This document shows positions 14,122-26,443 of a DNA stretch of 64,000 bases, in pieces. Position 1 is the stretch's first letter, and each line of letters starts with the position of its first letter. The notes beneath the pieces are model-generated. The model did not search any database. It saw nothing but the letters and a program-made list of their open reading frames with translations, and was not told the DNA's origin. The stretch comes from Schmidtea polychroa (lineage: Eukaryota): NCBI GenBank assembly GCA_044892525.1, contig CM097885.1, positions 42,286,001 through 42,350,000 on the forward strand, read 5' to 3'. The position numbers and the translations under genes were made by a program.

Positions 14122-15431
14122 TACAATTGAAAATGAATACATCATACGATCCTAAGCAGATTAAAGAATCCGTTCGTTGACTTGGTATATAGAAGTACTT
14201 CGACGGGATCTCAGATATATCTCTTATTGATTGAAGAAGGTATTATTTCCTTAATCATTAAAAATATTAACTAAATTTTAGAATTAAATTATCAGTTTTT
14301 GGCTGTAACTAATCTCGATCGACTGCTGAATTACAGAGATAAAGTAGAATGAGTCAGAATCCAATCACAATGGTGTCATACATGTCTTCATGGGTTTCAA
14401 AAACGTCCTGCCTTTGAAAGACATATAGGTCTTTGTAGGAAGAATGTGGAGCGGACGACTCTATACTCAATGCCAGAGAATAAATATATCAAATTTAAAG
14501 ACTGGAGTAAAACTATAAAACAGCAGTTTGTTGTCTACGCGGACTTTGAATCGATATTACCTCTAGATGACAAGCACTTTCAAAAACATGAGCCGATTGC
14601 ATCTGAATTTGTGCTTCTTCATCAAGGTTGACTGATCCGAAATGAAACATTTGTTGGGAAAAACTGTATCATTCAGTTTATACAAGCATTGGATGATATA
14701 GCTACAGACATAGTTTATCCGTGGTATAAAATTAATGGATCAAAGGAAATGATGGAACTCACTTGGGAACAGCAGGAAGAATTCACAAACCAAACTCATT
14801 GCTACCTTTGTAAAAAGATTATCAATATACCTGTTCGAGATCATGATCATTTTACTGGTCAATATCTCGAAGCAGCGTGTCAAGATTGTAATTTGGCTAG
14901 AAGAATCAATCCGTCTTTACCTGTTGTATTTCATAATCTTCGTGTATATGACATTCATCATATATTAAAATATGCAATTGGAAAATTCCCCGATTGGAAT
15001 TTAAATGTTATTCCTCAATCAACAGAAAAGTTTCTCACACTTACAGCGACATCGAAAGGCAGAAGAATTAGATTCATTGATTCTTTACAATTTTTAAATA
15101 GCAGCTTGGCAAATTTATCAAAAAATTTACCATGTCTTCCACTGACCTCAGATGTTTTCGAATCACAGATGATGACTTGTAAAACCATTTTTCCTTATGA
15201 TATGTCTACATCAATGGATGTTTTACAGTCAATAACAGAATTACCACCAATTTGGGAGGGAGTTAGTCAAGAAGATTATATACATGCAAATCGAATCTGG
15301 CAACAATACAACTGTGAGACACTGCTAGATTACATGCTAGTATATCTCAAGCTGGATGTTTTTCTGTTGGCCGATGTTTTTGAAGCTTTCAGAGAAAAAA
15401 CATTTGCCGAAGATGGACTTGAGGCTCTGTC
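14122..15431 (+). pseudogene. 5' part of degraded pPolB of the older Maverick (interrupted by the complete element)
   Basis: VYADFES, CYLCKK..VRDHDH, FHNL.VYD, FIDS and YLKLDVFLLADVFE motifs. In-frame stops and a frameshift; 42-bp intron at 14240-14281. Confidence 0.92.
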
Positions 15432-16639
<1,208 letters not shown>

Positions 16640-16646
16640 TATTTAT

Positions 16647-17138
16647 TTACATGTATATAGTATGATATTCATTAATCAGTGTTGAACAAGCTTGACACTT
16701 GCGAACAATCTTCTCGTTACACTTAGAACAAACAATTACGTGACCGCACGGTAAATACAAAACCGAAACTCGATTTTCTTTACAAATTGAACAGGTTAAA
16801 TACCTTTTCTTAACATCGCTCAGTTTTTTCGTTAGCTTATTTTCAATCAAATCGGCTTTCGCTATCCATTCATAAATCAATCTACTATATCCAGGTTTCA
16901 ACCTTAAAAACATACAACTCCAAAAGTATTCATTCAGCGAATCGTTGTTTACTGCTATTTTTTCTAAGTACATTAAATAACAAGATAACTTTAAAATGGA
17001 TTTCTCATAATTAAATAAATCAAACAAATATTCAATAGAGGAATGTTTGAAAATTTTTAAAATATTTATGAGTTGCTTATCGCTGTAAGTATCATGATTA
17101 TTTATAAAATCTTCAAGTGTATTGTTAAAAAATTTCAT
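16647..17138 (-). CDS. C-terminal C3HC4 RING finger protein (IAP/MDM2-type RING), putative E3 ubiquitin ligase
   Basis: CSICKENRVSVLYLPCGHVIVCSKC...CQAC...IYM at the extreme C-terminus matches IAP-type RING spacing. No BIR domain recognised. Confidence 0.85.
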   Translation of the reverse strand: MKFFNNTLEDFINNHDTYSDKQLINILKIFKHSSIEYLFDLFNYEKSILKLSCYLMYLEKIAVNNDSLNEYFWSCMFLRLKPGYSRLIYEWIAKADLIENKLTKKLSDVKKRYLTCSICKENRVSVLYLPCGHVIVCSKCNEKIVRKCQACSTLINEYHTIYM

Positions 17139-17475
17139 TGAAATTTCGGAATCGGTCGGACTTAATTTTTCCTTATTTCTTCCTTGCTATAAATGACATA
17201 TAAAAAAAAATATTGACAAAATAATAAAGTTACCAAATGTGTTACACATTCATCGGTTTTATTTGTATAAATCATTATTAATAACTAAATTACTTTTGTT
17301 TTTTTTTTTTACATTTATAAAAATTGTGATAACCAATCAAAATAGAGCTTTCAAAATGTAACCATCAAATGTATAACAATAATAATAAGCATGACTAGTA
17401 CCCTTTGCAACCTGTTTAAAGTTTTATTATTATTATTATTAATATTATTAATATTATTATTATTATTATTATTAA

Positions 17476-17644
<169 letters not shown>

Positions 17645-17654
17645 GTGATTGATA

Positions 17655-17856
17655 TAGCTGCATGCTCACTGCAGACTATACTTATATAGCTGCATGCTCA
17701 CTGCAGACTATATATAAAAAAAAAACTGTTATAGCTGCATGCTCAGTGCAGACTATATATAAAAAAAAAAAAAAAAAAAAACTGATATAGCTGCATGCTC
17801 ACTGCAGACTATATATAAAAAAAACTGTTATAGCTGCATGCTCACTGCAGACTATA
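17655..17856. repeat. Five copies of imperfect palindrome TAGCTGCATGCTCACTGCAGACTA with A-rich spacers
   Basis: Copies near 17656, 17687, 17732, 17788 and 17831. Confidence 0.9.
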
Positions 17857-18083
17857 TAAAAATCATCATTAAATATAAAAAATTATAATAAAACACCAAA
17901 TACTTAAAAAATTAAAAAAAATCTGATTAAAAATTTTATTGAATATGTATATATAAATACAAGTTTTATACAATATACAGGTTTTTGTACAAGTTTTTAA
18001 ATAAAAGTTTCTATACAATTTTTTATAAATCATGAAATCACTATACAAGTTTTTATAAATCAAAAATATAAAGTTTTTTCTAT

Positions 18084-21000
18084 TTAAATTTGATCTTTGT
18101 CCCATTCGCTGTCGTCAAAACTGGGAGCTGCACTGAATTCCTCATCATATTCGCTTAATTCGTCAACTCCTAAATAGTGCCCAAATGCGTAACTTAAGTT
18201 TTTCCCTAGCCACGCGCGCTTATCATCATTATTACTTAGGGCAATTTTCGAATTTTTAAAAGTAAAAAGTTGGTGATTTCTAGTACCTATTCTAGTCTGC
18301 GGTACAGAAATCACCTGATTTGAATTAAAGCAATTTAGATATGTTTCATGAGTTATTGATGTCCCAGATAATTTAACCCCCTTCGCTTTTACCGTTTCCT
18401 TACTACCTAAAAGACTATAACATTTAGGGCGTAAGAAAACCCATTCAGAATACCCTAATCCCTTGCTCTCATCTTTAAACTTCCCGATGACCGAGTCAAG
18501 GTTCCTACTATACAAGGGGTGGGTTGGATCGTAATTTGACGTATCCAATAAATTATCTGAGATCATCTGAGGTAATAAAGTTGTTAATTTTAAATTTTTT
18601 ATTTCCAAAAAAAAACTGTCGGTATCACCGGCAATAATATTTATGATACATTTATATTGGCGTCTGTACTTCTCCAAATCAATATATTGGAGCTGGTACA
18701 TCCGCAGTTTAGACAGATCTAGTACTGTTTGACCAATGTAGCTAGGTCTGTCTAAACAAATCACATCTTTTTCCAAATGTGCCGCAATCAGATCTTGATC
18801 GATTCTTATGGACTTTCTGAAAGTCGGCTTTGAGGAGTATATTATCATCTTTTCGAATGAATTACACAACCTCAAATTCATTCTTTTTTTCAAATTTTCA
18901 ACCGATTTACCGTAAAGAGAGTTATTATACAATTTAAACAAGTCCCTATATATCTCACTAGTAGACTGAGATCGTAAAGTGGTGTTGGTGTCTATGTAGG
19001 ATTTAAAGATAGGTCCTTGTTTAAACTTTATACACCTATGAATATTTACAACAACCGCACCTAATTCTATATACAATTTGAGAAGCCTCCAATGAAGAAC
19101 ATAGTTCTTCTTTGGCCAATGCGTAAGCATAAGCTTCTCAACTTTTGAATTAGGCGGGCACAACTTTTCCGGCGCAAGCGGAAAATCATTCAAAAAGTCA
19201 TGCACACATTCCGGAATATCGATATCGACCTCCATAGTATACCCATATGGAAGGTTATCAATATCCGTGTTCATACATTCAAGTAAAACATCATTCAAGT
19301 TATTATTCACCCAAGAAAAATCACCATACGGAAGATTTTGGCTAAGAGCCCAACCATACAGATTATTTATATCAATGTACAATAATTCTGTATCATCTGA
19401 AGTAGCCGTGTAATGTTTGTTAACAAATGTTAACCCACCCCGGATACCTCCCTCATAGAAATTATACATTTCCATGTCCTGCAGAAGTTCTATTGGTTCC
19501 GTTAATGTCATAAGCGCTGAGGCCCATGACATACCGGGAATCCCGTAGAAATTAAGAGGATCCAGACCATTGTAAGCAATTGCCTTACCGCGGAATTGCT
19601 GAAAATAATCTGCGAGGAGGTATACGTCCAATTTTAGGTAGATTAACATATAATCTAACAAATTATTACAGTTATGCTGACTCCAAATTAGTTGAGCCTC
19701 AGCGTACTGATCTTCCGTAACATCAGACCAAATAGGAGGTAATTCTAAAGTCGATTCAAGAACATCTAAAGAAGTGGCGAAATTATATGGAAAGATATCT
19801 TTAGAGTGAATCATCGACCCTTGAAAGACAGACGAAGTCAAAGGAAAAGTAGTTAAGGTTTTCACAGCTTTTGCTAAAGAACAATTAACAAATTGCATGC
19901 TGTCAATAAAACGAACAGGCAATTTGTTAATATATGCAATTAAAGATATAAATTTTTCTGTAGAGGTAGGTATAATATTAAGTTCCCAAAGGGGAAAATC
20001 ACTGAGACCATGTTTTAAAATATGGTGGAGGTCATAGCCTCGTAAATTATGAAAGACAACAGGTAACAATTTATTAATCCTGCGAGAGACATTGCATTTC
20101 CTACATGCCGCTCCGACATATCTACCTGTAAAATGGCAATGATCTCTCACAGGATTAATAATAGATTTTTTACACAAATAACAAATAGTGGAAGATCGAA
20201 AGGCACGCTCCTGAGCAAAAGACAAAGTAGACATACCTTTACGACCTTCAAGATCATAATATGGCAGGACAATTGTGACAGCAATTTCCTCCACTTTCCT
20301 CAAAAAATCCAAAATACAATTAGGTCCAAAAAAATAATAATAAAATTTAGTGTGTGTATAATTATTAATTAATAAAAGACCTGCTGATATGGGTAAATGT
20401 ATTTGATGATATGTTTCATGTTCTGGTAAAACCGATTCAAAATCGGCATAAATTACGAAGGGAGGTGTAACTGTTTTTGTGTAATCTGTGAATAATAAAT
20501 CTTTATTTTTAGGAAGTGTATACAAAGTTGTGCCAGTCTGATTTTTACAGCATAGAGCAACATGCTGATCGAAAGCATTCTTATATCTAAAGCCATTTAA
20601 ACAATGTGGGCACCAGTTACACCTTATTTGAACATTTACATTTTCATTTTCATGACAATTCATTAATTTGTCCAAGTCTGTCACGGCTGTATAATGATAT
20701 TTATCTTTATTACTCAAAAGTAATAAATAAATTGGTCTACCGTCTATAACCTTGGAGCGATGTACTATATTAAGATGAGGGTGGTGAGCTACATAATCCT
20801 CAGAAATATCTAAATCAGAACTGGCTGGATTATAAGACAGAACGTTTATGCTCAAGTTTAAATCTCTATTTTTTCTTTCAAATTTGGGAATGTTGCATAG
20901 CCTCATCGGGCAATCAGTGTCTTCGTCATAATTTAATAGAGGTAAAAATTCATAATATTTGGCGGCTCTTTGGTGATTACGACCTATTTCTTCTCTTTTT

Positions 21001-21827
21001 AAAAGTGCAAGAATGCTATACAAGAAGCACTTATGGTCGTTGTTTTTAACATTAATTATTGCATGTTTTAATTTTAATGCTGATGGGGTTTTTATATAGC
21101 TATGTCCGGATAATCTACTAACGGGTGCGTATTTCGTTAAAATAAAATCTATTTCTAAAATATTCATTACTCGCCACCCGCTTCCTAAATAGGTGAATTG
21201 CTCAATCTTTTCATTTAATTTGCTCACCCCCTCGTTTATAAAGTTTGATGTAAAAACTTGAGCATTGTTTGAAAAATAATTATCCCGGATCTCCCCATCT
21301 TTTTCAAATTTAATTAAAATTGTGAATTGAATTTTTACATTGCCCATCTTTTCTATTTCCTGTATTAATCTATCTTCAATTTTTGATGTTAGGGCTATTT
21401 TTACTAAGTTTTGATTTCTAATATCAAATCTTAAAGTTTTACGCGATCCGTTCAAATCGGATTCTACCATAGGTTCAAACAAAGAGCCGCCTATTTGGCA
21501 TATGTTGAAAGACGTTGAAGCTACACATTCATCATTGATGACTATCACTTCTTGTTGTGTAATGGGTGCGTGTTGTGTAATAGGTGCTTGGTGTGTAAAC
21601 GATGTTGAAGCTACACATTCATCTTTGCTGATGACTATCACTTCAGGTCGCGATAATTTATTAGGAATGCAATTTTTAATTAAACCAGCAGGTCTTTTAA
21701 TAGAATCTTTTTTAATATTTATAATATCTTTTTTAATAATATTTATAGTATCTTTTTTAATAGCATCTTTTTTAATATTTGAATCTTTAATAATATTTTT
21801 TTTATTTTTTTTAATATTTTTTTGCAA
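18084..21827 (-). CDS. Protein-primed family B DNA polymerase (pPolB); true 5' end uncertain
   Basis: Exonuclease motifs IYADFES, FHNLRGYD, FIDS. Endonuclease VII-like CYLC..VRDHCH.TG..GAAC..CN. Polymerase motifs YIDINNLYG, KLYNNSLYGK, GDTDS. The track ORF starts at TTG. Confidence 0.96.
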   Translation of the reverse strand: MQKNIKKNKKNIIKDSNIKKDAIKKDTINIIKKDIINIKKDSIKRPAGLIKNCIPNKLSRPEVIVISKDECVASTSFTHQAPITQHAPITQQEVIVINDECVASTSFNICQIGGSLFEPMVESDLNGSRKTLRFDIRNQNLVKIALTSKIEDRLIQEIEKMGNVKIQFTILIKFEKDGEIRDNYFSNNAQVFTSNFINEGVSKLNEKIEQFTYLGSGWRVMNILEIDFILTKYAPVSRLSGHSYIKTPSALKLKHAIINVKNNDHKCFLYSILALLKREEIGRNHQRAAKYYEFLPLLNYDEDTDCPMRLCNIPKFERKNRDLNLSINVLSYNPASSDLDISEDYVAHHPHLNIVHRSKVIDGRPIYLLLLSNKDKYHYTAVTDLDKLMNCHENENVNVQIRCNWCPHCLNGFRYKNAFDQHVALCCKNQTGTTLYTLPKNKDLLFTDYTKTVTPPFVIYADFESVLPEHETYHQIHLPISAGLLLINNYTHTKFYYYFFGPNCILDFLRKVEEIAVTIVLPYYDLEGRKGMSTLSFAQERAFRSSTICYLCKKSIINPVRDHCHFTGRYVGAACRKCNVSRRINKLLPVVFHNLRGYDLHHILKHGLSDFPLWELNIIPTSTEKFISLIAYINKLPVRFIDSMQFVNCSLAKAVKTLTTFPLTSSVFQGSMIHSKDIFPYNFATSLDVLESTLELPPIWSDVTEDQYAEAQLIWSQHNCNNLLDYMLIYLKLDVYLLADYFQQFRGKAIAYNGLDPLNFYGIPGMSWASALMTLTEPIELLQDMEMYNFYEGGIRGGLTFVNKHYTATSDDTELLYIDINNLYGWALSQNLPYGDFSWVNNNLNDVLLECMNTDIDNLPYGYTMEVDIDIPECVHDFLNDFPLAPEKLCPPNSKVEKLMLTHWPKKNYVLHWRLLKLYIELGAVVVNIHRCIKFKQGPIFKSYIDTNTTLRSQSTSEIYRDLFKLYNNSLYGKSVENLKKRMNLRLCNSFEKMIIYSSKPTFRKSIRIDQDLIAAHLEKDVICLDRPSYIGQTVLDLSKLRMYQLQYIDLEKYRRQYKCIINIIAGDTDSFFLEIKNLKLTTLLPQMISDNLLDTSNYDPTHPLYSRNLDSVIGKFKDESKGLGYSEWVFLRPKCYSLLGSKETVKAKGVKLSGTSITHETYLNCFNSNQVISVPQTRIGTRNHQLFTFKNSKIALSNNDDKRAWLGKNLSYAFGHYLGVDELSEYDEEFSAAPSFDDSEWDKDQI

Positions 21828-21942
21828 ATTTTTTTGTAAATTATTTTCTAAATTTTTTTGTAAGTTTTTTTGTAAATTATTTTCTAATTTTTTTTTTATT
21901 TAATTTTTTATTTATTTTTTTAAATAAAACATTTTTTGATAT

Positions 21943-22836
21943 CTAAAATTGCCCTAAGTGACTATGATGTTTATTAAAAAATTCCCTATATTTTATTTTT
22001 TCGCTCGTTACACATTTGGGGCATATAAAAAAGTTGACAGAATTAAACTTTTTTCTGTAATATTTTCTCATTGTATCATGACAATGATTGTTATGACCAA
22101 TTGAAGATTGGCAATAATTCGGGTATAGTATACCTGTTAAATAATAAAATTAAAATTTTATTGTTTTTTTTTTCTATATAGAAAACTATTTGTTACTTCT
22201 ACAAGGATTTATCATCATTTGTTATATAGTTCATTTGAATTAAATAACAAATGATGATAAATCATTATAGAAAATAGGTTAATATATTCGATAGAATATT
22301 AGAGAGATTTTAGTAGACGGGGTCTGATTATTATTTATATATTATTATTATTATTTATATTATTATTATTATTATTATTATTATATAAAAGAAAAGTAGC
22401 TGCATGCTCACTGCAGACTACTATGTAGCTGCATGCTTACTGCAAACTACTGTAGACAGGGTCTGATTATTATTTATATATTATTATTATTATTTATATT
22501 ATTATTATTTATATTATTATTATTATTATTATTATATAAAAGAAAAGTAGCTGCATGCTTACTGCAGACTACTATGTAGCTGCATGCTTACTGCAAACTA
22601 CTGTAGACGGGGTCTGATTATTATTTATATATTATTATTATTATTATTATTATATAAAAGAAAAGTAGCTGCATGCTTACTGCAGACTACTATGTAGCTG
22701 CATGCTTACTGCAAACTACTGTAGACGGGGTCTGATTATTATTTATATATTATTATTATTATTATTATTATATAAAAGAAAAGTAGCTGCATGCTCACTG
22801 CAGACTACTATGTAGCTACATGCTCACTGTAGACTA

Positions 22837-22900
<64 letters not shown>

Positions 22901-24325
22901 ATTATTATTATTATTATTTTAACTATTGTAGATGCACATTGCAAACTACAAGGATTTATAACCATAATTTGTAATCACTTTTTAAATATTTTGATAATAA
23001 TAACTTTCAGAAACTTAGTATAATCATTTTCATCATAATTTTGGTCATAAATCATTTTCATCATAAATTCATAATTTTCGGTATAAATAATTTTCATCAT
23101 AAAATAGTTTTTTTCAGAAGTTTCATTATATCATCATAAATCATTTTCATCATAATTTTCGTCATATCTTCATCATAATTCATTTTCATTATATCATCAT
23201 AAATCATTTTCATCATAATTTTGGTTGTAAATCATTTTCATCATAATTTTCGTCATATCTTCATCATAATTCATTTTCATTATATCATCATAAATCATTT
23301 TCATCATAATTTTGGTTGTAAATCATTTTCATCATAATTTTCGTCATATTTTCATCATAATTGATTTTCATCCTATTTTCATCATTTTCTTCATCATAAA
23401 TTCATAATTTTCTTCATCATAATTTTCGTCATATTTTCATCATTTTCTTTATAAAACATATAATCATTTTTCTTCATAATTTTTCGGTATATTTTCATTA
23501 TAAATCATAAAATCATTTTCTTCAGAAGTTTCATCATAATTTTTATTAAAATATTTAAAAAAGTTTTTTATCAAAATATTTAAATAAGTTATTACAAATT
23601 TAACATATAAATAAAAAACAAAATATATATATAAAAATAAATATTTCTTACATTTTGATTCCATGTCGGAATCATTCTCAGAGATTTGCCCATCATTCTC
23701 TGAGATTTGATCATCATCCGATGAGATTTGCCCATCATTCTCTGAGATTTGATCATCATCCGATGAGATTTGCCCATCATTCTCACAGATTTCACCATCA
23801 TCCGATGCGAGGACATTAATTTCTTCTTCGTCAATATCAACATTTAAAACATTTTCTGAAATGAAAATTAATTTAATAGAAATAATAATAAAATTTACTT
23901 TTTTCTTTGAGAACTGGGGCATAATTAGGGGCATAATTAGGGGCATCAGTTTGCCCAATAAAGACGACATCATCGTCGCTATTGTAAACATTTTCTGAAT
24001 TGAAAAAAATAATTTAATAAAAAAAATAATAATAAATTTACCAAAGATCTTATTAGGAGCATTACTTTCCCCGATAAAGACGACATCATCGTCGCTATTT
24101 GAAGCATTTTCTGAATTGAAAAAAAAATTAATTTATTAAAAATTATAATAATAAATTTACCGAAGATCTTATCCACTGTTAATATCGAGTCATCTTCCGT
24201 TACATCGTACCAATCGAATGGTTCTAAAATAATAATAAAATAAAATATAATAAAATAAAATAAAATAAATTACCCATTGTCGTCAAAAGATTTCTTAGAA
24301 TTCTATTTTTATTATTGTTAGCCAT
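21943..24325 (-). CDS. Spliced acidic multi-SIM-like protein with C-terminal Cys/His domain (exons 24274-24325, 24161-24223, 24042-24110, 23899-23994, 23652-23855, 21943-22133)
   Basis: Four 43-50-bp GT-AG introns plus one 1.5-kb intron, all phase 1; internal exons are multiples of 3. Product MANN..EPFDWYDVTEDD..SDDDVVFIGES..SDDDVVFIGQT..MESK-CILYPNYC..H..HC..ICPKC..HHSHLGQF. Homologous exons lie at 13126-14079. Confidence 0.75.
22397..22838. repeat. About eight copies of TAGCTGCATGCT(C/T)ACTGCA(G/A)ACTA, in pairs within ~120-150-bp units with (TTA)n spacers
   Basis: Same motif as 17655-17856; lies in the long intron of the SIM/Cys-His gene. Confidence 0.9.
23020..23560. repeat. Degenerate low-complexity tandem repeat (TCATCATAATTTTC-type)
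   Basis: Repeated AAATCATTTTCATCATAATTTTCGTCATA units. Confidence 0.75.
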
Positions 24326-24687
24326 TTAGATTTTTAAAATTGAAATTGAAATTTGAAAAATTTTGAAATAATTGTGACAAATTTTAGATTTGTCAATGTT
24401 TATAAAGAGAATGAATATTTTCCTGTCCCAGCCAATGAGAATATAGACACACACACATATACACTGAATATTTTACTCTCTCAACCAATCACACGCATGC
24501 ATGTATGTAATGTAAATCAGTCAGAATTACATGTGACTGCCTTTGTTAGTCATGCCTTTGTTAACTTGCACTGTGCATGCCTCATGCAAAGGCAGTCTTT
24601 ATGTTACAAATAATAATATTTATTAGAATAATAATAAAATTAATTAAAAATAATAATATTTTTCACAATAATAATAATATTAATAAT

Positions 24688-24721
<34 letters not shown>

Positions 24722-24810
24722 TTAATAATAATAATAATATTAATAATAATAACACAACAACAAAGGAAAGGATACATTTATTAAACATCAAATTTATTAA
24801 ACATTTTTCT

Positions 24811-25222
24811 TTAAACATCAAATTTTTTGTACAATAACCAAGCTAAACAATGTTGACCGCATGTTTGGGTCAAAGGATTTTGAAACATAGTTTTATTATA
24901 CACAATAGGTTTTCCCATTGTTTGTAGTTTTGATATCAACAAAGCTGGGTAATAGAAACCCATAGGATCGAACACGAATATATTACCAGGTTTCACATAT
25001 ATAGCTATCCAATGTTCTCCACCAAGATGAGACGATTGAGTATTGACGATTATTGCTTGATTATTGCTCAAATATGGAATTTTATCAAGAGGAAAAACTC
25101 CTACAAATTCATTTCCCAATATCTGTTTTCCGATTTTATTGACCTGAACAGAACTATTTAAATAAATCCAGAGTATAAAAAACAACTTACTCCATGATAA
25201 CTTTTTGTGTTTCTGTATACAT
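24811..25222 (-). CDS. Adenain-like (adenoviral-type) cysteine protease, spliced (intron 25154-25190)
   Basis: GEHWIAIY, FDPMG and Q..TCGQHC catalytic motifs. ATG directly follows the MCP stop (TAAATG). A 37-bp GTAAGT...AG intron joins MYTETQKVIMD to SVQVNKIG. Confidence 0.9.
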
Positions 25223-26443
25223 TTATACCAACACTGTTCTATTTGCAGTAATTTGAACTTCATTTTCAAATACTCCATATATTATAACATGTACTGGTTC
25301 AGTAATAGCTTTTGCAAACTTTATATCCAGTCGTAAATTTCCATTTTGAGGTAATTGACTTTGATTTAAATCAAAATCAGGGGCTAAAACAAATGTAAAA
25401 AATGGGTATTTGCTTTTAAATTCTTCTAGTGTTATTCCGCAATTCAAATTTTTATCTAAATAACCCAGATTTCTAACAATACTCTGCATATATGTCGCGC
25501 AGTAATTGTCATTCTCGAAATCTTGAATATATGTTTCTCTATAATCAGTATTTTTCGACAAAGTCAATGATGTAACACCAAAGTTTTTGAAAATTGAGCT
25601 GGACGCAGTATATGATCCATTATATTGTGCTTCACTTTGAAATGTTATCAGAATAAAATTAGGCATTCTTCTGTCACCAAATATTTGTTCTTTATAGAAT
25701 GATGAAGCACCTTTAGCAATAGCAAATTGTACAATTTCCTTTGTTTTTAATGGATAAATTGCATGTTTTGAATTAAGACCCAATTGATGACCTGCTAATA
25801 CTGAAGGGTCTACTCGAACTCTTCTCACCAATAATTTTGCATCAACTAATTGACATATTGGTGCAGTAGTTGCACTAGTAAGAGATAATGCAGAATCAGA
25901 CCTTTTCAATCTAATATGTACATTAACTCCCGGTAGTAAATATTTCGGTTGATCCATAAAATCAAGTTGTAATGATGAGCACATGGTGAAAACCTTTGAG
26001 CCTTTTACCCACTTTTTTCTTTCATCATCACTGCCATAACCCATAGGAGTAAGACATGTATTTTTAGTATCGGAATTGTAATTTAAAATAGTTTCTATTA
26101 ATGCCTTGTGAATGAATGTATTATTTCCGCCCTCAATCTTGATATTATTAAATCCCAACACTGCATCTTTAAAAAGAGTATGAAACAGGAAATTGTTCGG
26201 TATTACATCTGCATTGGCATCCAAAACTTTTCTATCTTTATCTACAACCTTAATCTGAACAGTCAATAAAGTATCGTTCAAATCTAAATATTCGGTTTGT
26301 GAACCATTAATATAAAACTCGATATCGTTTCTACTATCTGTAATTGAATTCATAGGAAAAACTTCCTCAAATGCCCCAAATTCTATTACAGCCTGGGGCG
26401 ATGGTCTATCAAATATACATAATTCGGATTTACCACAAATCAT
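25223..26443 (-). CDS. Major capsid protein (double jelly-roll)
   Basis: 406 aa. ELCIF..P..Q, IEFYI.G...YLDL..T.L, QPKYLLPGV and GNLRLDIKF motifs typical of Maverick MCP; adjacent to the protease. Confidence 0.88.
   Translation of the reverse strand: MICGKSELCIFDRPSPQAVIEFGAFEEVFPMNSITDSRNDIEFYINGSQTEYLDLNDTLLTVQIKVVDKDRKVLDANADVIPNNFLFHTLFKDAVLGFNNIKIEGGNNTFIHKALIETILNYNSDTKNTCLTPMGYGSDDERKKWVKGSKVFTMCSSLQLDFMDQPKYLLPGVNVHIRLKRSDSALSLTSATTAPICQLVDAKLLVRRVRVDPSVLAGHQLGLNSKHAIYPLKTKEIVQFAIAKGASSFYKEQIFGDRRMPNFILITFQSEAQYNGSYTASSSIFKNFGVTSLTLSKNTDYRETYIQDFENDNYCATYMQSIVRNLGYLDKNLNCGITLEEFKSKYPFFTFVLAPDFDLNQSQLPQNGNLRLDIKFAKAITEPVHVIIYGVFENEVQITANRTVLV

Noticed and set aside
17139..17280. Upstream spliced exon for the RING gene
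   Set aside because: A plausible GT-AG intron exists, but no phase gives an open frame into the RING ORF.
17655..22838. CRISPR-like appearance of palindromic repeats with variable spacers
   Set aside because: Spacers are A-runs or (TTA)n and repeat each other; no cas genes; eukaryotic context.
23464..24176. Met-rich ORFs 23592-23843 and 23979-24176, and unspliced 23464-23991
   Set aside because: Alternative frames or intron read-through of the spliced SIM gene exons.
25223..25278. Track start of the protease ORF at 25278
   Set aside because: It overlaps the MCP end and reads through the intron; the spliced start at 25222 fits better.
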